Below, in pieces: positions 50,399 through 60,821 of a stretch of 64,000 bases of DNA; positions within the stretch are counted from its first letter, which is position 1, and each line of letters starts with the position of its first letter. This stretch comes from an uncultured cyanobacterium (GTDB lineage Bacteria; Cyanobacteriota; Cyanobacteriia; Phormidesmidales; Phormidesmidaceae), in contig CAWBZI010000004.1 in assembly GCA_963793265.1 (NCBI GenBank), positions 608,001-672,000 of the forward strand, in the 5' to 3' direction. The notes beneath the pieces were generated by a model, which saw nothing but the letters and a program-made list of their open reading frames with translations, was not told the origin of the DNA and ran no database searches. The translations under genes were made by a program, and so were the position numbers.

Positions 50399-51664
50399 CT
50401 AGACCTCCCCATACTGCCGACCGATCGTTTGGCTCAAGTCCGACTCATCAGGAACCTCACCTTCGGTAAAATAGCCTGCTGCCTTCTTCGCATTCATCTC
50501 AACTAGGGCGTCTGCCGGAATCAGTTCTTCAGGAATCGAAATTCTCTCTACAATCTCAATTCCTGATTGAACAACCGCGTCGTATTTTAGATTACTCATT
50601 GAGACAAACTGATCGATGCGGGTCATCCCAAGCCAGTGCATCACATCGGGCATCAGTTCCTGAAAGCGCATATCCTGTACGCCTGCTACGCATTCAGTGC
50701 GAGTAAAATAGGTGTCAGCGCGATCACCCCCCTCCTGCCGCTTGCGCGCGTTATACACCAAAAACTTGGTCACCTCACCCAGCGCCCGGCCCTCTTTTCG
50801 CGCGTAAATGATCACACCCGCGCCGCCCATCTGCGCTGTTTTTACGGCCACTTCAATGCCATGAACCAGATAGGGACGGCAGGTGCAAATATCTGAGCCG
50901 AACACGTCTGAGCCATTGCATTCATCGTGAATGCGGACGGCTAGCGGGCGGTTGGGGTCAGCGATCGCCTCAATATCGCCCAAAATATAAACCGTCAGCC
51001 CCCCAATCGGCGGTAAAAACACCTGCAAATCAGGCCGCGTCACCAGCTCAGGAAACATCCCCCCGGTCTGTTCAAACAGCGTTCGCCGCAGGTCACTTTC
51101 TTTGACCCCGAACCGCTCAGCAATCCCCGGCAAATACCAAACCGGCTCAATCGCCGCCTTGGTGACGACCAGCTCTCCTTTCTCATTCATAATCTTACCG
51201 TCTACGGCCAGCCGCCCGGCGCTGACGGCTTCTTGTAGCTCTGGAATATTGATGTGGGCTTTAGTAATCGCAATGGAGGGGCGGATGTCGTACCCTTTCT
51301 CTCTTAGATCGGCAAACAGATTGTTATCGAGGGTGCCAAACGGATCGAGTGAGACAATTTTGTTGGGCATTCCCCAGCTCGGGTAGGGGCCAATAGCAAC
51401 GGTGGGGGCGGTATTGGTTAAGTCGGCGCGGTGGTCTTGCTCTAGGTCGCCGCTCGCGATCGCCAGTGCCCGATACACCGCATATCCCCCCGAATGCGTC
51501 CCAATTGCGTTGCGATGAACCCGGTTGCCCAGTGTCGCGATAATCGGCCCGCGTTCAGCCGGATCAGGATGGCCCCACTGCACGGCTAGCGGCTGCTCTC
51601 CAAAGTTACCAGGATGCGAGGTTAAGACAATATGCTTGTGGCGAGGCGATTGCGCTGATGTCAT
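50399..51664 (-). CDS. URC1/Urg1-like GTP cyclohydrolase II family protein
   Basis: N-terminal extension (LTSHP, RNAIGTHSG) plus RIHDECNGSDVFGSDICTC zinc motif. Confidence 0.88.
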   Translation of the reverse strand: MTSAQSPRHKHIVLTSHPGNFGEQPLAVQWGHPDPAERGPIIATLGNRVHRNAIGTHSGGYAVYRALAIASGDLEQDHRADLTNTAPTVAIGPYPSWGMPNKIVSLDPFGTLDNNLFADLREKGYDIRPSIAITKAHINIPELQEAVSAGRLAVDGKIMNEKGELVVTKAAIEPVWYLPGIAERFGVKESDLRRTLFEQTGGMFPELVTRPDLQVFLPPIGGLTVYILGDIEAIADPNRPLAVRIHDECNGSDVFGSDICTCRPYLVHGIEVAVKTAQMGGAGVIIYARKEGRALGEVTKFLVYNARKRQEGGDRADTYFTRTECVAGVQDMRFQELMPDVMHWLGMTRIDQFVSMSNLKYDAVVQSGIEIVERISIPEELIPADALVEMNAKKAAGYFTEGEVPDESDLSQTIGRQYGEV

Positions 51665-51778
51665 CGTAGAACCTATTGTCAACGAATCCTCAAATTAACG
51701 CATCCCAGGGGGCTCAAACTGTATCTGACGATAGCTTTTGAGCGATGATTTCTAACTGGTTGAAGCTACCAGGGCTGT

Positions 51779-51807
51779 TCAAGTAATACTAATATGGTAC
51801 TACTTGA
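51779..51807. promoter_or_regulatory. Inverted repeat, probable TA autorepression operator
   Basis: TCAAGTAATAC-N7-GTACTACTTGA (10/11 match), 20 bp upstream of the abrB-like start. Confidence 0.6.
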
Positions 51808-51826
51808 CAGTTGGATGAGAGGAGTC

Positions 51827-52048
51827 ATGCGAGTAACGACTAAGGGGCAGGTGACGATTCCTATAAAGGTTAGAGAGGTATTAGGCATAACGCCTGAAAC
51901 CGAAGTTGACTTTGTTGAGGAGAATGGTAAGTTTTATTTAGTGAAGGCGGGTGAATCCTTATTGACTGGTCGATTCAACAAGTTCAAAGGTATTGCTACT
52001 ACCGAGATGTCTACGGATGAAATAATGGGCTTGACCCGAGAGCGCTGA
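51827..52048 (+). CDS. AbrB/MazE-family antitoxin
   Basis: MRVTTKGQVTIP...R..LG; stop overlaps the toxin start. Confidence 0.92.
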   Translation: MRVTTKGQVTIPIKVREVLGITPETEVDFVEENGKFYLVKAGESLLTGRFNKFKGIATTEMSTDEIMGLTRER

Positions 52049-52479
52049 TGGAGGGTGTTTTTGTAGATACCTGCGTGTTGCTAGATCTATTCACCGCCGA
52101 TCCACGGTGGGCTGACTGGTCAGAAGCAGTGCTAGAACGATATAGCCAGTCTAATTCGCTGTACATCAATTCGATTGTGTACGCTGAGGTATCAGTAGGA
52201 TTCGATCAGATAGAAACTTTAGATAGTGCGCTATCTGAGCTAGATATTGCTGTTTTAGAGATTCCTCGGAAGGCGTTATTTTTGGCTGCAAAGGTCTTTC
52301 TTCAGTATCGAAAGAATAAGGGGCTTAAGCGATCGCCCCTACCTGATTTTTTCATCGGTGCTCATGCTTCAGTCTCAGAACTTGCTCTGATTACTCGGGA
52401 CAGAAAGAATTATCAGACCTACTTCTCGCAAGTAAAGCTAATCCTCCCTGAAGGAAAAGAAATCACAGGAGCAGAATAA
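52048..52479 (+). CDS. vapC: VapC-family PIN toxin
   Basis: VFVDTCVL, PLPDFFIGAHA, LITRD. Confidence 0.92.
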   Translation: MEGVFVDTCVLLDLFTADPRWADWSEAVLERYSQSNSLYINSIVYAEVSVGFDQIETLDSALSELDIAVLEIPRKALFLAAKVFLQYRKNKGLKRSPLPDFFIGAHASVSELALITRDRKNYQTYFSQVKLILPEGKEITGAE

Positions 52480-52761
52480 TCATCGATTAGGCGAATCTGC
52501 AGGCAAGTCAAAGCACTCAATCGGTCTGCTGGCAAGGCGGCTAACGGCCTGATAGGCCCAGTCTGTGGGATATACATCAGAGAAGGCGGAGGCAAACTGA
52601 CCGGGCGGGCAAGTTACAGGCGTTTGGGCGTCTTCGGGTTCAGATTGAGCGGGCTGGGCGGGTAGAATTTCGATTTGAACAGGTGGCGTTTGTTCAGGTG
52701 GGGCTTGGGCTATGGCGGGCGTGATCGCAAACAACAAAGCAGACGTGATTAAAGATTCCAT
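52480..52761 (-). CDS. Small secreted protein with partial SLH-like motif
   Basis: Signal peptide; FSDVYPTDWAYQAV. Confidence 0.65.
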   Translation of the reverse strand: MESLITSALLFAITPAIAQAPPEQTPPVQIEILPAQPAQSEPEDAQTPVTCPPGQFASAFSDVYPTDWAYQAVSRLASRPIECFDLPADSPNR

Positions 52762-52933
52762 GATTACTGGGTAGCTTAGGCTTTTGCTTTAGATCGTACC
52801 GACTTATTCATAGAACGTGTGCAGCGATCTGTACGACAATGCGCACATTAAAAAGCCCAAGGCGATCGCCCCAGGCTTCTGTAATATCTACTGACAAAAG
52901 AATAGTAAGCGCAGCTAGCCCACCGCTAGTCTA

Positions 52934-53287
52934 CTAACGCTTGCCAATGTCCTCTATAGCATCGCGAGCATCCTCAACAATAACGTTCTCCTCAACAATT
53001 TCATCGAGGTTAAGCTTGTCGTCTATCACTTCTTTAAACGAATCTGCTTTGTCTTCAGTATCTGCGGCCCTAGAAGCCTTGCTCTGTATCTCGCGACGCT
53101 GGGCTCTAAGCTCATCAAGCGTTTCATTGTCGGAAGCTTGTGTAGCCGCCATTTCAGATTCGGTGGTAAGTGATGCCGCTACTGCCGGAGGGTGTTGCAT
53201 CAGTCCAGTGAATAAAATGACGCCGAGGGCAACCGTTAAGAAACGTTTGGCGGCGAACTGAACTGCGGAAACGATGCGAGCAATCAT
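52934..53287 (-). CDS. Small hypothetical secreted acidic protein
   Basis: Signal-like N-terminus, charged helical C-terminus. Confidence 0.6.
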   Translation of the reverse strand: MIARIVSAVQFAAKRFLTVALGVILFTGLMQHPPAVAASLTTESEMAATQASDNETLDELRAQRREIQSKASRAADTEDKADSFKEVIDDKLNLDEIVEENVIVEDARDAIEDIGKR

Positions 53288-53488
53288 AAACTTAGCCTTC
53301 TAATAAGAAGGTAAATAAAGAGGGAAATTACAGCCAAAATCTAATTTACCGCTCTGTCTAACTCGTCACGTCCTCCCTAAGAAGGAGCTGTTTGATATAG
53401 AGAAATAAGCAACAAAACAAACATATATATCAGGTCTGCCAAAGTGCTTTAATAGCGAGTGGTAAGCATCAGCCAAAGGCAAGATTTT

Positions 53489-53884
53489 ATGACAGGCGAA
53501 ACAAAACTTAGCACCCTACTACGGTCAATGCAGCCTGTTCGCCAGTCAGGGGAGTATGTTTTTTGTACGATTGCCCCCGAAAGCAAACTACCGCAGGATA
53601 TAGATCTCATCGGCTGGTTTCGAGAAGATGAAGGAACAACCGTTATTCTTTCGCGGCCGGAAGCAGATGCTTATGATCTCGACTATTCCTCTGTTTTTTG
53701 TATGATTACGCTCTCGGTGCACTCTAGCCTGGAGGCGGTCGGCTTTTTGGCTGCGATTACTCAGAAGCTTGCTCAACACGACATTAGCGTTAACCCTATT
53801 TCTGCCTACTATCACGATCACCTGTTTGTTCTCGCCTCAAAGGCAGACGATACGATGGCACTATTAAAAGACTTTGCAAACTGA
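53489..53884 (+). CDS. ACT-domain protein (DUF2241-like)
   Basis: FREDEGTT, LSVHSSLEAVGF, YYHDHLFV. Confidence 0.85.
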   Translation: MTGETKLSTLLRSMQPVRQSGEYVFCTIAPESKLPQDIDLIGWFREDEGTTVILSRPEADAYDLDYSSVFCMITLSVHSSLEAVGFLAAITQKLAQHDISVNPISAYYHDHLFVLASKADDTMALLKDFAN

Positions 53885-53909
53885 ACGCTAACTTCGTAGC
53901 AATATAACA

Positions 53910-54539
53910 ATGCCTAATCTTACCTGCGCCAAGCTCCTTTCATCTCATTCTGAAGCCTGGCAGGCTGCAACGGTTCATCCCTTCTTACAGCAGTGTCAGC
54001 AAGGCACTATTGAGCCTTCTCAGTTCAATACCTGGCTGGTTCAAGACTATTTGTTTGTCGTCGAATTCACCCGGCTAGCAGCTTCACTTTTGTCGGCAGC
54101 GCCGGTAGGCCACTTCGACACGTTGCTGAGCGGCTTAGGCGCAATCAAAGACGAGCTGCTTTGGTTTCGAGCTAAGGCAGATGAGCGATCGCTTACCCTT
54201 TCTGCCCCACCTCAGCCCGCCTGCTGGGACTACTGCGAATTTATGCGATCGCTCACCTCCCAATCCTACGCCGTGCAAGCCACCGCCTTTTGGGCTATTG
54301 AACTTGCCTACAATCAGGGCTGGCAAACCCATAGCCCCATGCCCGAGCCCTACACAGAATTTGCCGATCGCTGGGGCAATCCTGGCTTTACGGACTATGT
54401 AAAGGTGCTTGAGCAGCAGGCTGATAGTGCGCTAGCCAATATTAATGAGTCTGAGAAATCGCTGCTAGAAAAAACCTTTCTGGAAGTAGCGAGGCTTGAG
54501 AAAGACTTTTGGCAAATGGCGTTTGCGGCTGATAAGTAA
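53910..54539 (+). CDS. TenA/THI-4 family protein
   Basis: HPFL, WLVQDYLFV, LEKDFWQMA. Confidence 0.88.
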   Translation: MPNLTCAKLLSSHSEAWQAATVHPFLQQCQQGTIEPSQFNTWLVQDYLFVVEFTRLAASLLSAAPVGHFDTLLSGLGAIKDELLWFRAKADERSLTLSAPPQPACWDYCEFMRSLTSQSYAVQATAFWAIELAYNQGWQTHSPMPEPYTEFADRWGNPGFTDYVKVLEQQADSALANINESEKSLLEKTFLEVARLEKDFWQMAFAADK

Positions 54540-54559
54540 GTCATGAGTTCTGGTGATGG

Positions 54560-56359
54560 CTATGGTGAGGCGGCTGGTTGCGATCGCGAAAAAATCCGAA
54601 TGCTACTGCGATCATTTATCGCCAACCATACTCCGTCGCTGCTAAAAACAGCATCCGTCACATAGCTATCTAGCCGGGTGACAGCCTGCGTTTGAGTATT
54701 TAGCAAGCGAGTACCCGCAACATCACCTCTCATAAAGTAGTAAACGCCGTCTGGGCTAAGAATATGAATGCCGTCCTGTCGGTCAGTGCCTGCAAGTGCG
54801 GTGACTTGCGAAATTCGTTCTCTTGTTTTTGGATTAAAGGTGTTGAGGCGGGTATCGTATAGGTCATTGTTTTCGAGGATTCTCAACGCGCCTGTTGGGG
54901 TGAAACTCATAGCCGCTAAGCGAAGCTGATCGTCTTCGCCGCGAAGGGTAAAGACGCGATCGCCTTCATCTAGCTGCCATAGATCGACAACAGGTTCTCC
55001 TTTGCGGTTCGTATTAGGCAAAACATTGCTTCTAGCCGCGAGTAGTCTGCCGTCTGGACTAATCGAAAAGTCTTGAATATCGGCACCTTCGGTCGGCGTT
55101 AGCGTGGAGATAATGCTGCTAATATCTTCGCCATGAAACTGAAGCTGACTTGCTCCCGGCCCTTCAGCGGTATCTTCTCCTAGCTTTACGTAGCTCAGCA
55201 CCGCGTAGCTATTGGCCCTAAAAGCAACTTTGGCTCGAACAGGCGCAAATCCTGGTTCTACTGGCGAGTTGGAGGTTAATAGCTGCCGCGCGCCTAATGG
55301 TTCACGAACCAGAGACGCTTCAGAATTGACGTTCCAAACCCATAGCTCAAGGCCATAGCCGGGTTTGGTTTGAACAATTGCGGCTACTTTTTGAGCATCT
55401 GCACTGAGCGCGATCGCTTCTGCCCGTACGTTTTCTCCAAACACCTTCTCGGCAACCTGTTCGCCTGTGAGGATATTCCAAATTTGAACGCGATCGCCCG
55501 CCGCCGATAAAGTAGCCAGACGCTGCCTGGCTCTATCGTTATAATTGCTGAGCGCTATCTGTCGGGCCTCGCTAGGAATGAACGCGATTGGCGTTTGTTG
55601 CCACGAAGAGGCGGGCAGCACTTCGTAAGGAGAACGCACTGAAGCGTTGGCCTGTCCTTTTTTTACTAATGCTCTGTACACAAACGCGGCGACTTCTGCG
55701 CGGGTCGCTCTGCGGTTGGGCTCTAGCTGATTAAGAACGGGATGATTTACGACTAATCCGTTGAGAGAAGCTGCTGCTGCTTTTTCACGCGCGTAGTTTG
55801 GAATTTCGCTCACGTCTTTGTAGTACAACAACATTTCTGAGGCATCAGCGGTGTAGTTCAATCCGCTGGCTAAAGAAACAAGCGCCTGAATGCGGGGAAT
55901 GTTTTGTTCTGGGGCAAAGCGGTTTCCAGGATAGCCAGAAAGAAAGCCAGATGATCGGGCCTGAGTGATCGCCTCAGCGGCCCAGTAGTTCTCTTGCACG
56001 TCTGTGAAGGGCCGGGCCTCGGGTGGAATAATAGTCGGCAGCTCTGAGCGCAAAAAAGCCTGGCGCAGCATGGCAGCAAATTGGGCGCGGGTCACGGGCG
56101 CGTTGGGGCGGAAGGTGCCGTCAGGAAACCCTGAGATGATATTGAGATCAGCGAGTGCTTCGATGTAGCTTTTGGCCCAATAGTTAGGGCTGATGTCTTT
56201 AAAGACGATGGGTTCAGAGATGACGGGGATGGGAATGGGTTCTATATTAGGCTGGGCGATCGCGCTAGGCCGTAACGAGTAGGCGAGCCCTAGCCCTAAG
56301 CTACTCACGATACATAAGGCAACTTTGAACCCAAACTTTGACTTCAGATGCACTGCCAT
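54560..56359 (-). CDS. Three SLH domains plus WD40-like beta-propeller protein
   Basis: FKDISPNYWA...GFPDGTFRP...TRAQ repeats; SPDG propeller repeats. Confidence 0.85.
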   Translation of the reverse strand: MAVHLKSKFGFKVALCIVSSLGLGLAYSLRPSAIAQPNIEPIPIPVISEPIVFKDISPNYWAKSYIEALADLNIISGFPDGTFRPNAPVTRAQFAAMLRQAFLRSELPTIIPPEARPFTDVQENYWAAEAITQARSSGFLSGYPGNRFAPEQNIPRIQALVSLASGLNYTADASEMLLYYKDVSEIPNYAREKAAAASLNGLVVNHPVLNQLEPNRRATRAEVAAFVYRALVKKGQANASVRSPYEVLPASSWQQTPIAFIPSEARQIALSNYNDRARQRLATLSAAGDRVQIWNILTGEQVAEKVFGENVRAEAIALSADAQKVAAIVQTKPGYGLELWVWNVNSEASLVREPLGARQLLTSNSPVEPGFAPVRAKVAFRANSYAVLSYVKLGEDTAEGPGASQLQFHGEDISSIISTLTPTEGADIQDFSISPDGRLLAARSNVLPNTNRKGEPVVDLWQLDEGDRVFTLRGEDDQLRLAAMSFTPTGALRILENNDLYDTRLNTFNPKTRERISQVTALAGTDRQDGIHILSPDGVYYFMRGDVAGTRLLNTQTQAVTRLDSYVTDAVFSSDGVWLAINDRSSIRIFSRSQPAASP

Positions 56360-56549
56360 TGCCTTTGAATACCCACTTGAATGTATATGTACGTTTTGGC
56401 CACAAAAGAGTTTAGCCGTTCGAGTCACGACTAGGAAGTGATTTCTATCCGGTTTTTCGTAGACGGCTCGGGTGAAAAAACGTACAAGACGGCCCTACGT
56501 TTGACCCGTTAGACTACTGATTCATAGATAGCTTTGTTGCACCTGCTTT

Positions 56550-57434
56550 ATGAGTCGTCGTAGCCCTACAAAAACAAGCCAGTCAAAATCCGATCCGTCC
56601 GTCGCTGAACCGGCCTCGGAGCAGGTTAAATTTTGGCGCGACCCTGTGCTGCCCGACTTAGAAATGCTGCGCGCCACCTATATTACATATGCCTTTTCAC
56701 GTCACGCTCACGAGGGCTTCGGCATTGCCATCGTAGAATCTGGTGCGATGGCTTTTGACTATCGCGGGCAAACGCACGTGGCTCCGGCGGGCAGCGTGAT
56801 TGTGACACATCCCGGTGAAATGCACACGGGCTCGGCGGCGGTAGAAACAGGGTGGACGTATCGCACATTGCTGCCTGCAATTGACTGGCTACAGCAGGCG
56901 ACGAAAGATTCGGATAGACACTCAGATTCAATCCCTTACTTTTCAACGCCCGTTATCCAAGATAAGCAGCTAAACCGACAGCTCATCTCACTTCACCAAA
57001 CGCTCGAAACCTCTCCTTCTTCACTAGAAAGAGAATCTAGATTTATATGGGAAATGGCGCAGTTGGTGAGCCGGTATGCCAGCGATCGCCCCTCCGCCAA
57101 ACCGCTCGGCAAAGAACACTACGCCGTTCAGCAAGTGCGCGACTATCTACAGGCTCACTACACCACTAATGTTTCTCTTAAGGATCTGGCGAACTTGGTA
57201 AACCTTAACCCTCTAAGGCTTTTGCGCGTGTTTCGTAAGCAAATCGGCATACCGCCTCACGCCTATCTCAACTATGTGCGGGTGCAGCAGGCAAAGCGAC
57301 TGCTGATCGCTGACTGGGCGATTATGGATGCGGCTTTAGAGACTGGATTTACCGATCAAAGTCATTTGCATCGGCACTTTAAGAAAATGGTTGGTGTGAC
57401 CCCAGGACAGTACGCGCGTGGGGTTAAAAAATGA
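56550..57434 (+). CDS. AraC-family transcriptional regulator
   Basis: Cupin HAH...[21 protein letters not shown]. Confidence 0.93.
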   Translation: MSRRSPTKTSQSKSDPSVAEPASEQVKFWRDPVLPDLEMLRATYITYAFSRHAHEGFGIAIVESGAMAFDYRGQTHVAPAGSVIVTHPGEMHTGSAAVETGWTYRTLLPAIDWLQQATKDSDRHSDSIPYFSTPVIQDKQLNRQLISLHQTLETSPSSLERESRFIWEMAQLVSRYASDRPSAKPLGKEHYAVQQVRDYLQAHYTTNVSLKDLANLVNLNPLRLLRVFRKQIGIPPHAYLNYVRVQQAKRLLIADWAIMDAALETGFTDQSHLHRHFKKMVGVTPGQYARGVKK

Positions 57435-58174
57435 GATTTGCCGAGAGTGATATGAAAGAAACGAGCCTCCGTAAAACGCGCACGGCTGAATTTTGGACAG
57501 GCGCACGTGATATTTTTCCGCTGATTGTTGGAGCCATTCCGTTCGGCATTATCTTTGGCACGCTGGCTATCAACAACGGACTTTCAGCAGGCGGTACGCT
57601 GGCGATGTCGGCCTTTGTGTTTGCAGGCTCCTCTCAGTTCATCGCCGCTGGCATGATCGCGACCAAAACGGGATGGCTGCTGATTGTCCTCACTGCGTTT
57701 GTGGTGAATCTAAGACATTTGCTGTATGCCGTGAGCCTGGTGCCCTATGTGAAACGTCTGCCGCAACGGTGGAAGGTGCCGCTGGCTTTTTTGCTGACCG
57801 ATGAATCGTTTGCGATCGCAATCAACCGCTATCAAGCACCAGACGATTCGCCGTTCAAGCACTGGTACTACTTCGGGGCAGCAATCACTATGTACACCAA
57901 CTGGTTTTTCTGCACTCTTATCGGCATCACCGCTGGTCAGCTCATTCCTAACGCGGCTACCTGGGGCCTAGACTTTGCGATGTCAGTGACTTTTATCGGC
58001 ATGACTGTCCCCTATGTGAAAAATAAGCCAATGCTCGCAGCGGTGATGGTGGCTGGAGTGGTGGCGATCGCAGCGAATCCACTACCGCACAAAATTGGGC
58101 TGATGCTCGCGGCAATCGCAGGCATGACAGCCGGTGTTTATACCGAAAAGCTTATAGGCAAGCAATACTCATGA
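57431..58174 (+). CDS. azlC: AzlC-family exporter subunit
   Basis: FAGSSQF, VNLRH, LTDESF. Confidence 0.9.
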   Translation: MRFAESDMKETSLRKTRTAEFWTGARDIFPLIVGAIPFGIIFGTLAINNGLSAGGTLAMSAFVFAGSSQFIAAGMIATKTGWLLIVLTAFVVNLRHLLYAVSLVPYVKRLPQRWKVPLAFLLTDESFAIAINRYQAPDDSPFKHWYYFGAAITMYTNWFFCTLIGITAGQLIPNAATWGLDFAMSVTFIGMTVPYVKNKPMLAAVMVAGVVAIAANPLPHKIGLMLAAIAGMTAGVYTEKLIGKQYS

Positions 58175-58497
58175 GTGAAATTTTAATTGTCGCTGGCATG
58201 GCGATCGCGACCTTCTCAATTCGCTACGTTATGTTTGGCGCAAGCAGCCGCCTCGCCCTCTCGCCTGCTGTGCTCAGCGCGCTGCGCTACCTGCCGCCTG
58301 TGGTGCTTACAGCGATTGTTGCACCTGAAGTACTGCTAGCGAACGGTCAGCTCGAATTGGGGATTATGAACGCACGGTTCGTGGGTGCGATCGCGGCCAT
58401 TATTGTCAGTGTAACCACGCAGAATTTGCTTCTCACAATTGTATTAGGAATGGCGGTTTTCTTCGGGTGGCAGAGCGTTTTGCCCCTCATAGGCTGA
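58171..58497 (+). CDS. azlD: AzlD-family exporter subunit
   Basis: Small TM protein overlapping azl[12 protein letters not shown]. Confidence 0.88.
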   Translation: MSEILIVAGMAIATFSIRYVMFGASSRLALSPAVLSALRYLPPVVLTAIVAPEVLLANGQLELGIMNARFVGAIAAIIVSVTTQNLLLTIVLGMAVFFGWQSVLPLIG

Positions 58498-58607
58498 TAC
58501 AAAAAGTTCACAGGATCGTACGACCATAAACGGTACAATCACGGTTGCAACGTACTTGAAGGGTCTAGCGGTTGCAATGTGTCTGATGCTATTACGGCTT
58601 CAATCCT

Positions 58608-59294
58608 ATGGTTACAAATATTCAGCTCCCAACATGGCGCATTTTAGTGATTGAAGACGATCCGCTGGTGCAGCTAGGCATTGAGCAGGCGCTGATGAGT
58701 CATGAGCAGTTGACCATTATCGACACGATAGACGATGGCTATTTGGCGGTAGAAGCTGCCATAGAACACAAGCCCGATCTGATTTTGATGGACATTGGAC
58801 TCCCCGGATTAGATGGCATTGAAACGACGCGGCGGATTAAAGCGGCGCTGCCTACAGTCAAGGTGGTGATGCTCACGTCCCACACGGCTGAGGCTGAAGT
58901 GATGTCTGCTTTTTCGAGTGGCGCAGAAGCTTATTGTATTAAGGGCAGCAGCTTAGATGTGCTGCTAACTGCGATCGCAACCGTTGCTCAAGACGGTGTT
59001 TATTTAGATGCAAAAGTGGCGCAGGTCGTGGTGGAGTGCTTGAGCGATTTGACTGTAGGTCAGGCGACAGGCCAGGCGTCAGCAGCCTGTGAGTGCATAG
59101 ATTTTGGCCTGTCAGAACGAGAGCTGGATGTTTTGAACCTGCTGGTAGAGGGCTTGAGTAATCCTGAAATTGCAAAGCGGCTGTTTATTAGCACCAATAC
59201 GGTGAAGGCGCACATGCGATCGCTTATGAACAAGCTGATGGCAGGCGATCGCGTCCAAGTAGCGGTAAAAGCATTGAGAGCTGGGCTGGTATGA
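58608..59294 (+). CDS. NarL-family response regulator
   Basis: IEDD, MDIGLP, LSERE...SNPEIA HTH. Confidence 0.92.
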   Translation: MVTNIQLPTWRILVIEDDPLVQLGIEQALMSHEQLTIIDTIDDGYLAVEAAIEHKPDLILMDIGLPGLDGIETTRRIKAALPTVKVVMLTSHTAEAEVMSAFSSGAEAYCIKGSSLDVLLTAIATVAQDGVYLDAKVAQVVVECLSDLTVGQATGQASAACECIDFGLSERELDVLNLLVEGLSNPEIAKRLFISTNTVKAHMRSLMNKLMAGDRVQVAVKALRAGLV

Positions 59295-59302
59295 CGCTGT
59301 AG

Positions 59303-59332
59303 GCCCAAAGTCGCCCAAAGTCGCCCAAAGTC
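59303..59332 (+). repeat. Tandem repeat (GCCCAAAGTC)x3
   Basis: Three perfect 10-mers. Confidence 0.9.
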
Positions 59333-59446
59333 ATAGATCGCAACTGCATCAAGCGATACTATCCTTAAACATAGACGAAATATAGACACTGCTTATAAAA
59401 CAAACCCATACTTTCTACCTACGCCTCTGAATACACACTGCCTACT

Positions 59447-60817
59447 ATGCTATCTGCCAATCTCGCTGAGCCTGATCTGAACGCGCCTATTGAAGGAGGC
59501 TCTGACGGTGACGATGATTTTCTTGTCTTTGCAGACGAGAACGAGCCAGACGCGACGACAGGCGAGCCGAAAGCCGCTTGGAAGGTCATGCTGATAGACG
59601 ACGAGCCTGCGGTGCACCGGGCGACCAAGGTTGCACTTAAGTTTTTTTCTTTTGAAGATCGGCCCATCAGCTTTGTCTCTGCCTATTCAGCGGCTGAAGC
59701 GCGCGAGCTAATCCAGCATAATCCCGACACGGCCCTGATGCTGCTTGATGTGATTATGGAGACGCAGGATGCGGGCTTGCAGGTTGCCAAATATGTTCGC
59801 GAAGAGCTGGAGAACAAGGCGGTGCGGATTGTGCTAAGAACCGGACAGCCGGGGCAGGTGCCTGAGCAGTCTGTTGTGGTTGACTACGACATTAACGACT
59901 ACAAGACAAAGCTGGAGCTAACGCAGCAAAAGCTGTTTACCACGATGGTATCTGGCCTCAGGGCCTATCGCGATCTGATGGCGCTAGAAGAGAGCCGCGC
60001 CGCGCTAGAAAACTTTAATCAAAACTTAGAGAATATCGTTCATTATCGGACTGAAGCCTTAGAGCACGAGGTAGAAGAGAGAGAAAAAGCTGAAGAAGCT
60101 CTGAAGATTTATATTCACGCGCTCACTCACGACCTGCGCAATCCGGTCACAGGTATGACGAATGTATTGGAGAGCCTGATAAAGATGCGCTTGGCTGATG
60201 AAGATCCGCCGAGCGCCAAGATTCCGCTCTCGGTGCTAGAGCGGATGAACGCAGGGTGCGATCGCCAGCTCAAAATGATCAATACGCTCATCGAAACCCA
60301 CGGTATCGAAATTTGGGGCGTCACTATTCATCGAGAGCCTTTCTCGCTGCTTGAGCTGATTGGATCTGTGGTTGAAGACTGGCAGCTCAGATTTGAGAAA
60401 AAGCGAGTGACGGTTGTGCAGCAGATTGCTCCGGCGTTGCTAACGGGTCGTCAAAACTGGGTGAATGGCGATCGCGCCCAGCTCTGGCGCGTCTTTGAAA
60501 ACCTGTTTGGCAATGCCCTCAAATACAATCCACCAGGCATCACCATCAAGGTGAATGTTCGAGTCAACCCCTCAGGCTATCTACGCTGCACTATCAGCGA
60601 TAGTGGCGTTGGTATTCCTGAGAGTCAGCAGGCGTCTATTTTCGAGCTTTATCAGCGAGGCGTAAGCCAGCGAGGGACAAACGTTCGTCCTACCCAAGGC
60701 TTAGGCTTAGGTCTGTACATTTGCCGCCGGATTGTTGAGGCCCATGATGGCAAAATTGGCGTCGTCAGCCAGCCTGAGCAGGGATCTCAGTTCTGGTTTG
60801 AGCTGCCCCTGGTTTAA
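59447..60817 (+). CDS. Hybrid REC-histidine kinase
   Basis: LIDDE, LDVIME, RTGQPG, THDLRNP H-box, NALKY, GLGLGL. Confidence 0.9.
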   Translation: MLSANLAEPDLNAPIEGGSDGDDDFLVFADENEPDATTGEPKAAWKVMLIDDEPAVHRATKVALKFFSFEDRPISFVSAYSAAEARELIQHNPDTALMLLDVIMETQDAGLQVAKYVREELENKAVRIVLRTGQPGQVPEQSVVVDYDINDYKTKLELTQQKLFTTMVSGLRAYRDLMALEESRAALENFNQNLENIVHYRTEALEHEVEEREKAEEALKIYIHALTHDLRNPVTGMTNVLESLIKMRLADEDPPSAKIPLSVLERMNAGCDRQLKMINTLIETHGIEIWGVTIHREPFSLLELIGSVVEDWQLRFEKKRVTVVQQIAPALLTGRQNWVNGDRAQLWRVFENLFGNALKYNPPGITIKVNVRVNPSGYLRCTISDSGVGIPESQQASIFELYQRGVSQRGTNVRPTQGLGLGLYICRRIVEAHDGKIGVVSQPEQGSQFWFELPLV

Positions 60818-60821
60818 GCAA

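Noticed and set aside
50399..51664. Riboflavin ribA
   Set aside because: The N-terminal extension and URC4/upp context indicate the URC1 subfamily
51721..51734. NtcA site upstream of the URC operon
   Set aside because: GTA-N8-TAG deviates from the GTA-N8-TAC consensus; not supportable
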